A DNA stretch of 61,686 bases, counting the filler, from Deltaproteobacteria bacterium (GTDB lineage Bacteria > JAUYMQ01), in the NCBI GenBank assembly GCA_030698575.1. It is 14 parts of 14 records of this genome, joined end to end, with 100 filler letters (N's around TTAATTAATTAA, not from the genome) between each part and the next. Parts side by side here need not be neighbours in the genome. Positions count along the whole stretch, not along the records: positions 19,123 to 25,100 come from JAUYMQ010000425.1; positions 25,201 to 28,035 come from JAUYMQ010000427.1; positions 28,136 to 31,177 come from JAUYMQ010000439.1; 11 more parts are not named here. One strand, given 5' to 3'. The position numbers and the translations under genes are program-made. The number at the start of each line of letters is the position of its first letter. Position 1 is the first letter of the stretch. Below, in pieces: positions 20,243 through 29,749 of the stretch. The notes below the pieces were generated by a model that saw only the letters and a program-made list of their open reading frames with translations, had not been told where the DNA came from and made no database searches.

Positions 20243-21797
20243 ACGGTTCAACGCCGATTGGTTCGCCAACGTTCTTCGCAGGGACACTCGCCTGCTAGTG
20301 GCGGCGGTGCCGCTTGTGATCCTCGTGCTTTCGGCCGGATTTGTATATTGGCGGCAGTTCACTACCGGGATGGGGGTCACGGGTCTCAACCGACCGAGCT
20401 ACTGGGGCCTCTACATCGTCAACTGTGTCTTCTTCGTCGGCGTGAGCGCAGGGGGCATTCTCATCGCCTCTCTGGTCCACGCGCTGGGCGTCAAGCAATT
20501 CAGATCGGTGGCCCGCATCGCGGAGCTGATGGCAATAAGCTGCGTAGTGATGGCCGTGACCTCCCTCTTCGTCAATCTTTGCTGGCCTCAGCGGATGCAC
20601 TTCATCCTCCTGTATGCGAACGTCAGCTCCCCAATCCTCTGGGACATGTTGAACGTCTCGCTCTACTTCTTCATAAGCCTTGCTTATGGCTACTTCGGGA
20701 CGCGGTCCGATCTCGTGCGTTTGATGTCGATCAAACCCAGGCATGCCTGGCTCTTCCGCCTGATGGCGCTTGGCTACACCGATGTCTCCCCCAAGGCTCT
20801 GAAGCGTGACGACATCATTCTCAGAGTCATGGCCGTGGCGGGGCTGCTCGCTGCGGTAGGGATGCATAGCGTCACGGCCTGGATCCTGGGGCTCACCAAG
20901 GCCCGGCCGGGCTGGTTCAGCGCCATCATGGCGCCGCTGTTCATCGTCTCCGCGGCGGTCTCCGGCCTCGCACTGTTGATCGTTTCCGTGGTCCTGATCC
21001 GCCGGTACCTTCGCGTGAGAATCAAGGACGAGGTCATCCGGAGATTGGCGCAAATACTCACCTTCCTGGTGCTGGCGCTCGGCTATTTCCTGTTCGCCGA
21101 AATGCTGACGGTCTTCTATGGCAAGGAGCCTGCGGTGCTCGAGGTTTTCGAAACCATGATGCATGGACGCTACGCTGTATTCTTCTGGGGCCATCTCCTG
21201 CTCGGGCTGATCTTCCCGCTACTCCTGTTCGGCGTTGTTCTGGCAGGTATCCCGCGGCGCTGGGTGATCATCGGCGGATTAACCCTGCTCCCCATCGTGG
21301 CCGGGATTGCCTTCGTATTCGGTTTGGCAATGCCGTTCGCCAAGGTGGTCGGCGACGCACTGCCCGGGTGGGTGGGCTACGCCGCAGTGTGGATTGTCGG
21401 CCTGGCTCTGCTGCAGGCCTGCGCCAATGAGCGTCTTGGCGAGGACACCCGGCTCGGAATAGCGGCGGGCCTTGTCGTGCTCGGAATCTTTGCCGAGCGC
21501 TGGAACATCGTGCTGCCCTCTCTCATGGGTCACTCGGCCCTGCCGTTGCCCGGAGTCAGCTATGCGCCCTCGGGGCTGGAGCTCTTGCTAGTCGCGGGGA
21601 TATATGCGATGGGAGCGTTGGTCTTTATCGTCGCCGTCTACTTGCTGCCGCTGGTAGAGTCCGAGGAGGATGAACCGCCGCCTCCAGTGCCTGACAGGTC
21701 AGGGATAGAGGGGCCTCGATGGACGACGATCGAGGACATAAAGCCCCCTCGCTGGCCCGAGATCAAACCTCGGTGGACCGAGATAAAGGGCCCTTGA
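20223..21797 (+). CDS. NrfD/PsrC-family quinone-interacting membrane subunit (QrcD-like)
   Basis: GMGVTGLNRP.YWGLYIVN.VFFVGVSAG, SSPILWD, HSVTAWILG, many TM helices. Confidence 0.9.
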   Translation: MSNANDERFNADWFANVLRRDTRLLVAAVPLVILVLSAGFVYWRQFTTGMGVTGLNRPSYWGLYIVNCVFFVGVSAGGILIASLVHALGVKQFRSVARIAELMAISCVVMAVTSLFVNLCWPQRMHFILLYANVSSPILWDMLNVSLYFFISLAYGYFGTRSDLVRLMSIKPRHAWLFRLMALGYTDVSPKALKRDDIILRVMAVAGLLAAVGMHSVTAWILGLTKARPGWFSAIMAPLFIVSAAVSGLALLIVSVVLIRRYLRVRIKDEVIRRLAQILTFLVLALGYFLFAEMLTVFYGKEPAVLEVFETMMHGRYAVFFWGHLLLGLIFPLLLFGVVLAGIPRRWVIIGGLTLLPIVAGIAFVFGLAMPFAKVVGDALPGWVGYAAVWIVGLALLQACANERLGEDTRLGIAAGLVVLGIFAERWNIVLPSLMGHSALPLPGVSYAPSGLELLLVAGIYAMGALVFIVAVYLLPLVESEEDEPPPPVPDRSGIEGPRWTTIEDIKPPRWPEIKPRWTEIKGP

Positions 21798-21966
21798 ACG
21801 AACTGACGCTTCTCGGGTTGCTCTCAGTGACTGGCCCGACCGCATGGGTCTTCGTCTTTAGTTTGTGACCGGCAAAGGTGACGGCCAGAAAAAGCTTTCG
21901 CACGGTAAGGCAGAGCCGCTGAATTCGCGCGTCGGTAATTGGTGACTTCAGAGAGGGGAATGGCCC

Positions 21967-22482
21967 GTGGGGAGAGCGGTGTTTTTGCTGATTGCCGTCG
22001 CTTTCCTCGGGGCCTTCCTTTATCTCAACGTCTTGCCACGTTTCAGTCCACAGCCCCGCGCGCAGCCCATGCGCTTCAGCCACAAAGCACACTTCGAGGA
22101 GTCGACCTGCGAGGGGTGCCACGTGTATGTGATGGAGCATGGGGCGGCGGGGACGCCCACGCTGGAAAACTGCCTGGACTGCCACGACGGCCTTCAGTCG
22201 GAGAAGGCGGAGGATCAGAAGGAGGAGGAGAAGCTGGTCGTCTACGAGGAGGAGGAGAGGGAAATCCCATGGGCGCCCTTTCCCAGGCTGGCGTCACACG
22301 TCTTCTTCTCGCATCGGCGGCATGCGGCCGTCTCCGAGATCGAGTGCGCCACCTGCCACGAGGACATCGCGGAGTCATTGACGCTCCCCGGAAATCCTCC
22401 CTACGAGTTCACGATGAAATGGTGCCTTGCCTGCCACGAGGAGCAGGAAGCCAGCACCGACTGCGTGGCGTGTCACCGATAG
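21967..22482 (+). CDS. Membrane-anchored pentahaem cytochrome c (QrcA/ActA-like)
   Basis: N-terminal TM, QPMRFSHKAH, five CxxCH (CEGCH, CLDCH, CATCH, CLACH, CVACH). Confidence 0.92.
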   Translation: MGRAVFLLIAVAFLGAFLYLNVLPRFSPQPRAQPMRFSHKAHFEESTCEGCHVYVMEHGAAGTPTLENCLDCHDGLQSEKAEDQKEEEKLVVYEEEEREIPWAPFPRLASHVFFSHRRHAAVSEIECATCHEDIAESLTLPGNPPYEFTMKWCLACHEEQEASTDCVACHR

Positions 22483-22492
22483 GGGGTCCTCG

Positions 22493-24943
22493 ATGGATAT
22501 AACGCGCCGTGGTTTCCTTTCCGTAAGTGGGGCGGCGGCAGGGTTGTTGCTGGTCCCGTCGGAAATCAAGGAGCTGCTGCGCGCCGTGGCGGATCACAAG
22601 TATCAGTGGCCCGGCCCCGGCATCGAGTCGTGGACGAACTCCGTGTGCCAGCTCTGCCCGGGCGGGTGCGGCATTCGCGTCCGCCTGCTCGACGGATGGC
22701 CCGTGAGCGTGCGCGGGATCCCGGGACATCCCGTGAACAAGGGCGGACTGTGCCCGAAGGGCGAGGCGGGGCTGCAGGCGCTCTATGACCCCGACCGGAT
22801 CCGGCGTCCGATGAAACGCGCCGGCGAGCGCGGGACGAGCGCCTGGACGGAAATTTCCTGGGACGAGGCCATCGCGCTCGTGGCCGAGCGGCTCGGCGCC
22901 CTTCGCGCCGAGGGGCGCCCGGAAAGCGTGGCCGTCATCGGTGGGCAGTACCGCGGTCTCATGAAGGCCCTCTGGCAGCGCTTCCTCGATGCCTACGGTT
23001 CGCCGAACTACATCTCCATGGCGATGGGATGCGACACCTCGGATACGGTGCTCTGGCTCACCCAGGGGGTGAGGGGCCACGTCGGATATGATCTCGAGAA
23101 CACCAACTACGTTCTCAACTTCGGCGTGAGCCTGCTGGAAGGGAGCTGGTCGCCGGTCTGGCAGATACGGTGCTTCGCGGATTTGAAGCAGGGCCGGCCC
23201 GGCCGGCGCGCCCGGGTGGTGCAGGTCGACACCCGCTTCTCCATGACCGCCGCCAAGGCCGACGAGTGGCTGCCTATTCGCCAGGGGACGGACGGCGCCC
23301 TCGCGCTGGGAATCGCCCATGTCCTCCTGCGGGACGGCCTGGTGGACACGGACTTCCTGCGGGATCATGCCTTCGGCCTCGAAGACTGGGTGGACGGGTC
23401 CGGCCGTTCGCACGAGGGATTTCGGACGATGGTGCTTCGGGACTATCCACCTGCGTCGGTCGCGGCGCTGACAGGCGTTCCCGAGCAGAAGATTGTGCGC
23501 GTAGCACGTGAATTCGGAGAGACGCGCCCCGCAATCGCAATGGGGGATCGAGGCGTCTCCCGCTATCCCAACGGACTTTACGCGCGCTGGGCCATCCACT
23601 GCCTGAACGCCCTCGTCGGAAATCTCGAACAGCCGGGCGGGGTCCTCACCCCTCCTGAGATTCCCTTCACGCCGCTCCCCCCGCTTCCCGAAGACGGCGA
23701 TTCCGAGCGCGGGAGAGCGAAGGCGCGTATCGACGGGGCCGGAACCGCCGACGCCCCGCTCGCGGCGAGCGCGATTCACCGGGTTCCCGAGGCAATCCGA
23801 AGCGGGCGGCCCTATCCCGTGGAGGCGGTGTTTCTCTACCACGCGAATCCGCTCTTCTCACTCCCCGCCGCCCTCGGAATGCGGGAGGCGCTGGCGCGCG
23901 TGCCGTTCGTGGTGAGCTTCTCACCCTACCTCGACGAAAGTACGGAGGCCGCCGACCTCGTGCTCCCCGATCACATTTTCCTCGAGCGCTGGCAGGATGA
24001 TCCCACGCCACGGAACATCGGATTTCCGGTGCTCGGGATCCGGCAGCCCGTGCGGGAGCCGCTCTACGACACGCGCGCCACCTCCGAGGTCCTCTTCACC
24101 CTCGCCAAGGCGCTGGGGGAACCTGTCGCCTCCGCGCTCCCGTGGAAGGGGATGGAGACATTCCTCAAGGAGCGGGTTCGGGGAGTCTACGAGTCCGGAC
24201 GCGGAGAACTGGCCCCCGCCGTCGCGGTGCGCGGGCGCAAGCCGTCCGCGGAAGAAGACGCGCCGTCTTCTCCACCCGAGGATTTCGACGCATTCTGGCG
24301 CCAGCTCCTGGAGCGGGGCGCGTGGTGGGAGCCTCAATACCGGTATAAGGACTGGCCCCGAACGCTGCAGACACCCTCGGGCCGCTTTGAGTTCTACTCG
24401 CAGAATCTCAAGGCCAGGCTGGGTGACCTGAAACCTCACCTGGACCGGACGGGCGAAACCGCCTCGTCTGCTTCGCCCGGCGCGACGGAAGACCTGCCCT
24501 ACCTTCCACACCATGCGTCTCTCGGCAAGGTGGCGTCGCGGGAGGAGTATCCCCTCGTGCTGAACGTTTTTCGCCCGCTCGCGTTTACGGGCGGGAGTAC
24601 CGCGAACATGCCCTATTTGATCGAGATCGCCGGCAAGGGGGTCTCCGTTCCCTGGGAATCATGGGTCGAGATCAACCCGGAGACGGCCCGCGGCATGGGA
24701 ATCCGCGACCGGGATCGGGTCTGGGTCGAGTCCGCGGTCGGGAAGCTGAACGTGATGGCAAGGCTGCTCCCGGGGACGCCGCCGGAGGTCGCGAACCTCC
24801 CCTACGGGTTTGGCCACGAGGCCGGCGGGCGCTGGGCGAAGGGGACCGGCGCAAATCCCAACGATCTGCTGGGGGCGACATCGATGACCGTCACGGGCGC
24901 GTCGGTCTACCCCGTCACGCGGGTTCGCATCTACAAGGGCTAA
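22493..24943 (+). CDS. Tat-exported molybdopterin-oxidoreductase-family subunit (QrcB-like), copy 2
   Basis: MDITRRGFL Tat motif, CQLCPGGC...CPKG Fe-S motif, ISWDEA, ADLVLPD..FLERW. Confidence 0.92.
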   Translation: MDITRRGFLSVSGAAAGLLLVPSEIKELLRAVADHKYQWPGPGIESWTNSVCQLCPGGCGIRVRLLDGWPVSVRGIPGHPVNKGGLCPKGEAGLQALYDPDRIRRPMKRAGERGTSAWTEISWDEAIALVAERLGALRAEGRPESVAVIGGQYRGLMKALWQRFLDAYGSPNYISMAMGCDTSDTVLWLTQGVRGHVGYDLENTNYVLNFGVSLLEGSWSPVWQIRCFADLKQGRPGRRARVVQVDTRFSMTAAKADEWLPIRQGTDGALALGIAHVLLRDGLVDTDFLRDHAFGLEDWVDGSGRSHEGFRTMVLRDYPPASVAALTGVPEQKIVRVAREFGETRPAIAMGDRGVSRYPNGLYARWAIHCLNALVGNLEQPGGVLTPPEIPFTPLPPLPEDGDSERGRAKARIDGAGTADAPLAASAIHRVPEAIRSGRPYPVEAVFLYHANPLFSLPAALGMREALARVPFVVSFSPYLDESTEAADLVLPDHIFLERWQDDPTPRNIGFPVLGIRQPVREPLYDTRATSEVLFTLAKALGEPVASALPWKGMETFLKERVRGVYESGRGELAPAVAVRGRKPSAEEDAPSSPPEDFDAFWRQLLERGAWWEPQYRYKDWPRTLQTPSGRFEFYSQNLKARLGDLKPHLDRTGETASSASPGATEDLPYLPHHASLGKVASREEYPLVLNVFRPLAFTGGSTANMPYLIEIAGKGVSVPWESWVEINPETARGMGIRDRDRVWVESAVGKLNVMARLLPGTPPEVANLPYGFGHEAGGRWAKGTGANPNDLLGATSMTVTGASVYPVTRVRIYKG

Positions 24944-24953
24944 GGGGACCTCC

Positions 24954-25100
24954 ATGGCGAAATACGGAATGGCCATCGACCTCGACCGCTGCGTCGGCTG
25001 CCAGGCGTGCGTCGTGGCATGCAAGGTGGAGAACAACGTTCCCTTCTCCTCCCCCGAGGATGCGGCGGGCGGGCGCGAGATTGCCTGGATCCAGGTCGTG
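24954..25100 (+). CDS. 4Fe-4S dicluster protein, copy 2 (truncated by contig end)
   Basis: YGMAIDLDRCVGCQACVVACKVENNVPFSSPE, near-identical to copy 1 N-terminus. Confidence 0.9.
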
Positions 25101-25233
25101 NNNNNNNNNNNNNNNNNNNNNNNNNNNNNNNNNNNNNNNNNNNNTTAATTAATTAANNNNNNNNNNNNNNNNNNNNNNNNNNNNNNNNNNNNNNNNNNNN
25201 GTCTAAGTCGGCGTTTAAACGATCGCCCACCTG

Positions 25234-27693
25234 ATGTCTGACCTGGATCTCCCTGACGAGGTAGCTGAGGCAATCGCCGCCCACGACGAGACGGATGCCG
25301 TGCGCCTGCGTGCGCTCGAGCAGGCCCTCGTCACGAAGCGGGGGGAGGCGGTCTCCGCCCGCAAGGAGTCGGGGATCGAGGACATCTGGCTCGCGGCCGA
25401 GGAGGCCTACCTCGGGATCGACGACGCCAACCGGAGCTCGTTCGCGGGCGCCCGGTGGGCGAAGCCGACCAACATGACGGGCCCCTTGACGAGCGACCAG
25501 CGGCGTACCGCGGCAGACGGTGAGACCAAGTCGACCGCCTTCGTCCGGATCACGAGCCGCTACGTCGACGCTGGCGCAGCGAAGCTCTCCGAGATCCTCC
25601 TCCCGGCCGACGAGAAGGCGTTCTCCTTCTCGAGCACGCCCGTCCCGGAGCTGATCACCGCCCTCAAGGACACGAGCCAAGCCGTAGTCGACGGTGTCCC
25701 CCTCGAGCGCGACGCGCGCCCGGGGGAGGCTCAGCAGCTGCCTGGCGCCGCACTACCTCCTACGGGTGGACTCCCGCTGGCGCCAACCGCCGGCGCGCTG
25801 CCCGCGGCGCCAGGCTCCGGACCGGGCATCCCGATCACGGTGCAAGATCTGGCGCAGGAGAAGCAGGAGCACGCGAACACGGCCGCCAAGAAGGCCGAGA
25901 AGCGTATCCACGACTGGATGGTGGAGTCGCGCTTCCGGGCCGAGGGACGCAAGATCGTATTCGATGCGTCGCGTATTGGTGTCGGGGTCCTGAAGGGCCC
26001 CTTCCCGCGTACTCAGATTTCGCGCGCCCGCGAGAACGGCAAGCTCAAGATCAACAAGAAGGTCGTCCCCGGGTACGAGTGGGCCGACCCCTGGAACATC
26101 TACCCCGACCCCGCGTGCGGCGAGAACATCCAGAATGGCGACCACCTCTTCCACGCCGAACCGATCGGCAAGAAGCAGCTCCGCAAGCTCAAGGGGCTCA
26201 AGGGGTACATCGATGGGGCGATCGACAGGGTCCTGAGCGACGGACCGGCCGGCGTTGCCGTCGACAACCAGAAGCCGAACGCGAAGCACAACCGTCACCT
26301 CTTCACGGCCTGGCACTACTACGGGACGCTGACGCACGAGGAGGTGCTCGCGACCCGCACGGTCGACGAGGGCGACCTTCCACTGGCGGGCGACGTCTAT
26401 GTCATCTGCACGATGGTGAACGACACCCTCATCCGGGCGACCATCAACCCGCTGGATTCGGGCGAGATCCCCTACCACGCGGTCCCCTGGCAGCGACGCC
26501 CCGGGCACTGGGCCGGCGTCGGCGTCGGGGAGCAGATCGCGATGCCGCAGGCGGCGATCAATGCCGCGACGCGCGCGTGCTTCAACAACGCCGGCAAGTC
26601 GGCCGGCAGCGTCATCGTCGCCGACCGAGGCGCCATCACTCCGGCCGACGGCAGCTGGACTCTGACGCCCGACAAGCTCTACTACAAGTCGGCGGACGCG
26701 ACTGCCGACGATGTCCGGAAGGCGTTCGCGTTCTTCCAGGTGCCGAACACGACGCCCCAGTTGATGGTGATCATCGAACTCTGCATGCGGTTTGCGGAGG
26801 AGGTGACGAACATCCCTCTGATCACGCAGGGGCAGTCGGGGAAGACCACGCCCGAGACCTTTGGGGCGACGCAGCTCCAGAACAACAACGCGAACCAGCT
26901 CCTGCGCTCCATCGGGTACGCGTTCGACGACTACATCACCGAGCCGGTGGTGAACCAGTCCTACGAGTACCTCCTCCTCGATCCCGACATACCCGAGGAC
27001 GAGAAGGGCGACTGGAAGATCGACGCTCACGGGTCGGTCGCGCTCGTTGAGCGCGCGATCCAGGACCAGACGGTCTCACAGATGGGTGAGTTCGCGATCA
27101 ACCCCGCGTTCGGGGTCGACCCGAAGCGGTGGTTTGCGGAGTTCTCGAAGACAAAGCATCTGAATCCGAGAACCTTCCAGTACACGCCTGAAGAGCAGGC
27201 GAGGATCGATGCGGCACCGAAGCCGGCCGCGCCCGCCATCGAGGTCGCGAAGATCAAGTCCGCGGACGCGAAGCTCGCGCGTGAGCTCGATAAGGTGCTC
27301 GCGGCGCAGGCAGCGCAGCTCGAGAAGGTCGTCGCCGACGGAGCCAACGCAACGAAGACCGCGATCGCGGAGATGCGCAAAGAGGTCGACGAGCTCCGGG
27401 TGAAGAAGGATACGGACCGCGACACCATTTATGCGCGGGCCGAGACCGAACGCACTCAGGTCGAGCACCGGGCTCGCATGGCGGAGCTCGAGATCCGCGA
27501 ACGCATTGCCATGCTCGATTACGCGAACAAGCGTCAGCTCAAGCTCGACGACGTGAAGAAGGATCTCGCGAAGACCGCGATGACGCTCGAGGCGCAGGAG
27601 CGGATGCAAGCGCGCGAGCAAGGGGCCCAGGTCGCTGAGGCCGCGGCAGAGCCCGCTGGCAAGGCCCCGAACGGTAAAGGATTCACCGCGTGA
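25234..27693 (+). CDS. Probable phage portal protein (podovirus/P22-like, coiled-coil C-terminus)
   Basis: 819 aa; E.IW..AEEAYLG, GVGVLKGPF, DPWNIYPDP, W.RRPGHWAGVG, long helical tail; followed by small head-cluster genes. Confidence 0.72.
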   Translation: MSDLDLPDEVAEAIAAHDETDAVRLRALEQALVTKRGEAVSARKESGIEDIWLAAEEAYLGIDDANRSSFAGARWAKPTNMTGPLTSDQRRTAADGETKSTAFVRITSRYVDAGAAKLSEILLPADEKAFSFSSTPVPELITALKDTSQAVVDGVPLERDARPGEAQQLPGAALPPTGGLPLAPTAGALPAAPGSGPGIPITVQDLAQEKQEHANTAAKKAEKRIHDWMVESRFRAEGRKIVFDASRIGVGVLKGPFPRTQISRARENGKLKINKKVVPGYEWADPWNIYPDPACGENIQNGDHLFHAEPIGKKQLRKLKGLKGYIDGAIDRVLSDGPAGVAVDNQKPNAKHNRHLFTAWHYYGTLTHEEVLATRTVDEGDLPLAGDVYVICTMVNDTLIRATINPLDSGEIPYHAVPWQRRPGHWAGVGVGEQIAMPQAAINAATRACFNNAGKSAGSVIVADRGAITPADGSWTLTPDKLYYKSADATADDVRKAFAFFQVPNTTPQLMVIIELCMRFAEEVTNIPLITQGQSGKTTPETFGATQLQNNNANQLLRSIGYAFDDYITEPVVNQSYEYLLLDPDIPEDEKGDWKIDAHGSVALVERAIQDQTVSQMGEFAINPAFGVDPKRWFAEFSKTKHLNPRTFQYTPEEQARIDAAPKPAAPAIEVAKIKSADAKLARELDKVLAAQAAQLEKVVADGANATKTAIAEMRKEVDELRVKKDTDRDTIYARAETERTQVEHRARMAELEIRERIAMLDYANKRQLKLDDVKKDLAKTAMTLEAQERMQAREQGAQVAEAAAEPAGKAPNGKGFTA

Positions 27694-27905
27694 ACGAGCC
27701 CGAGATTTTTTCGCTTTCGCGCGGCGAGCGCCAGAGCGCCCTCTGGCTGAAGCTTCTCGATCACTTCAAGAACAAGCTCGAGATCGCTCGGGCGAAGAAC
27801 GACGGACCGCGCGACGTCACCGAGACGGCCACGTTGCGCGGACAGATCGGCACGCTGAAGGCGCTCATCGCCCTCGACACGGATGTACCTGTAGAGACGC
27901 AGTAG
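27690..27905 (+). CDS. Small phage protein following portal (Bbp19-like position)
   Basis: 71 aa, GTGA overlap with portal stop, W..L......L...R.KND...T..LRG.I..LK.LI pattern. Confidence 0.65.
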   Translation: MNEPEIFSLSRGERQSALWLKLLDHFKNKLEIARAKNDGPRDVTETATLRGQIGTLKALIALDTDVPVETQ

Positions 27906-27981
27906 TCTACCGCCGCCGTAGCACGACGGCATTCTGTAATGGCCCACGCCATCCGGCGCCGGCCCGAGCACGGAGATCCAA

Positions 27982-28035
27982 TTGCCAAACGAATCGGAAG
28001 AGGTAGTCCTCACCGACGAGCAGAAGAACGAGGCG
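27982..28035 (+). CDS. Start of possible phage scaffolding protein (truncated)
   Basis: GGAG RBS then TTG; acidic MPNESEEVVLTDEQKNEA; position in head cluster. Confidence 0.35.
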
Positions 28036-28135
28036 NNNNNNNNNNNNNNNNNNNNNNNNNNNNNNNNNNNNNNNNNNNNTTAATTAATTAANNNNNNNNN
28101 NNNNNNNNNNNNNNNNNNNNNNNNNNNNNNNNNNN

Positions 28136-28906
28136 TACGACATTCCGATCGCGCTGGTCACCGAGCAGTACCTGGGCACGCTCGATCTGATGAAGTCGCT
28201 CAACCTCGACGTGGCAGGCGAGTTCCTCCTGATGGCCGCGACGCTGGCGCAGATCAAGAGCAGGATGCTGCTGCCGCCGAGCGAGAACGAGGAGGAGGAT
28301 GAGGACGATCCGCGCGTCGATCTTGTGCGCCAGCTCCTCGAATACGAGCGCTTCAAGGAAGCGGCCGGCGAGCTGGAGGCGCGCCCGCAGCTCTACCGCG
28401 AGGTGTTCCCGCGGCTGGCGGAGGTGGCCGACACGAAGCTCCCGCTGGACGAGGAGCCCCTGGCCGAGGTCAGCGTCTTCGAGCTGATGGACGCTTTCCG
28501 GCGGGTCTGGGAGCGCGCGCCCAAGGAGAGCGTTCACGAAATCTTCGGCGAAAAAGTCACCCTTCGCGACAAGATCCACGAGCTGCTCGAGCGCCTCGAG
28601 TCGAATGACAGCATGACCTTCGAGGAGCTGCTCGAACCGGCGGGCTCGCGGCAGGCCCTCGTGATAACCTTCCTGGCCATCCTGGAGCTGACGCGACTTC
28701 GCATCGTGCGCATCTTCCAGGTTGTGCGCTACGGGATGATCCGCGTGCAGAAGTCGGTTTCGACCATGCCCGAGGATCGCGAGGCCATCGCCCGGCAACT
28801 CGATGACGAGGCCCCCGCGAGCGGCGAGGAGGCCGGGGAAGAGGAAGGGGAAGGCCAAACGGCGGACGCGCCCCCGGCGGAGCGCGATCCGGAAGAGGGG
28901 AGCTAG
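28136..28906 (+). CDS. scpA: Segregation and condensation protein A (5' truncated)
   Basis: YDIPIA.VTEQYL, AGEFLLMAATLAQIKSRMLLP, TFLAILEL. Confidence 0.94.
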   Translation, partial: YDIPIALVTEQYLGTLDLMKSLNLDVAGEFLLMAATLAQIKSRMLLPPSENEEEDEDDPRVDLVRQLLEYERFKEAAGELEARPQLYREVFPRLAEVADTKLPLDEEPLAEVSVFELMDAFRRVWERAPKESVHEIFGEKVTLRDKIHELLERLESNDSMTFEELLEPAGSRQALVITFLAILELTRLRIVRIFQVVRYGMIRVQKSVSTMPEDREAIARQLDDEAPASGEEAGEEEGEGQTADAPPAERDPEEGS

Positions 28907-29749
28907 ATGGACGATAGCGAGAGCCTGCGGGTAGTCGAGGCGTTGCTCTTCGTTTCGGACGAGCCGCTCACGGCGCAACGTATCTCGGAGGTCCTCGAGT
29001 GCGAGAAGCGCGAGGCGACGCGCCTGGTCGAAAGCCTGGCCGACAAGTTCAACTCGAACGGCCGCGCGGTGAGCATCGAGCAGATTGCCGGGGGATGGCA
29101 GCTCCGCACCAAGACCGAGCTTGCCCCCTGGATTCGCAAGTATCTGGCCACGCGGCCCGTCCGGCTCTCACGCGCGGCGCTCGAGGTGCTGGCCGTGGTA
29201 GCTTACCGGCAGCCGATCACGCGAAACGAGATCGAGAGCATCCGGGGGGTCGATTGCAGCGCGGTGCTCCAGAGCCTGCTGGAGCGAAAGCTGGTCAAGA
29301 TCATGGGGCGAAAGGACGTGCCGGGGCGTCCCATCATCTACGGGACCACGCGGCAGTTCCTCGAACATTTCAATCTGCCGGACCTCTCCCAGCTCCCGAC
29401 GCTCCGCGAATTCGCGGAGCCTACCGGTGGCCATGCGCGGCCGGACGGATCGGAAGGGGAAGAGGGCGGTGATGACGACAGCGACGACGAATCCTTCGCT
29501 CGGACAACGGCGGGGGCGGAGGGAGACGATGAGGCGAGCATTGAAGCCGAAGAAGAAACAGGCGACGAAGCGCGCGGCGATGCGCAAGAAGCGGCCGGCG
29601 ACGAAAGCGACGAAGGCGAAGGCTCCGATAAAGAGGAGCACGACGAAGAGGGCCTCGACAACGAGGGCTACGACGTCGACGAGGAAGAAGTCAGCGATGA
29701 CGAGTTCGATGACGACGAAGAAGACGACCAGGAAGCCGACGACGAATAG
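28907..29749 (+). CDS. scpB: Segregation and condensation protein B with acidic tail
   Basis: VEALLFVSDEPL, LSRAALEVLAVVAYRQPITR.EIESIRGV, PGRPIIYGTT. Confidence 0.95.
   Translation: MDDSESLRVVEALLFVSDEPLTAQRISEVLECEKREATRLVESLADKFNSNGRAVSIEQIAGGWQLRTKTELAPWIRKYLATRPVRLSRAALEVLAVVAYRQPITRNEIESIRGVDCSAVLQSLLERKLVKIMGRKDVPGRPIIYGTTRQFLEHFNLPDLSQLPTLREFAEPTGGHARPDGSEGEEGGDDDSDDESFARTTAGAEGDDEASIEAEEETGDEARGDAQEAAGDESDEGEGSDKEEHDEEGLDNEGYDVDEEEVSDDEFDDDEEDDQEADDE

Noticed and set aside
29427-29708. Long K/T/R-rich N-terminal extension of RluB
   Set aside because: Alternative-frame reading of the ScpB acidic tail
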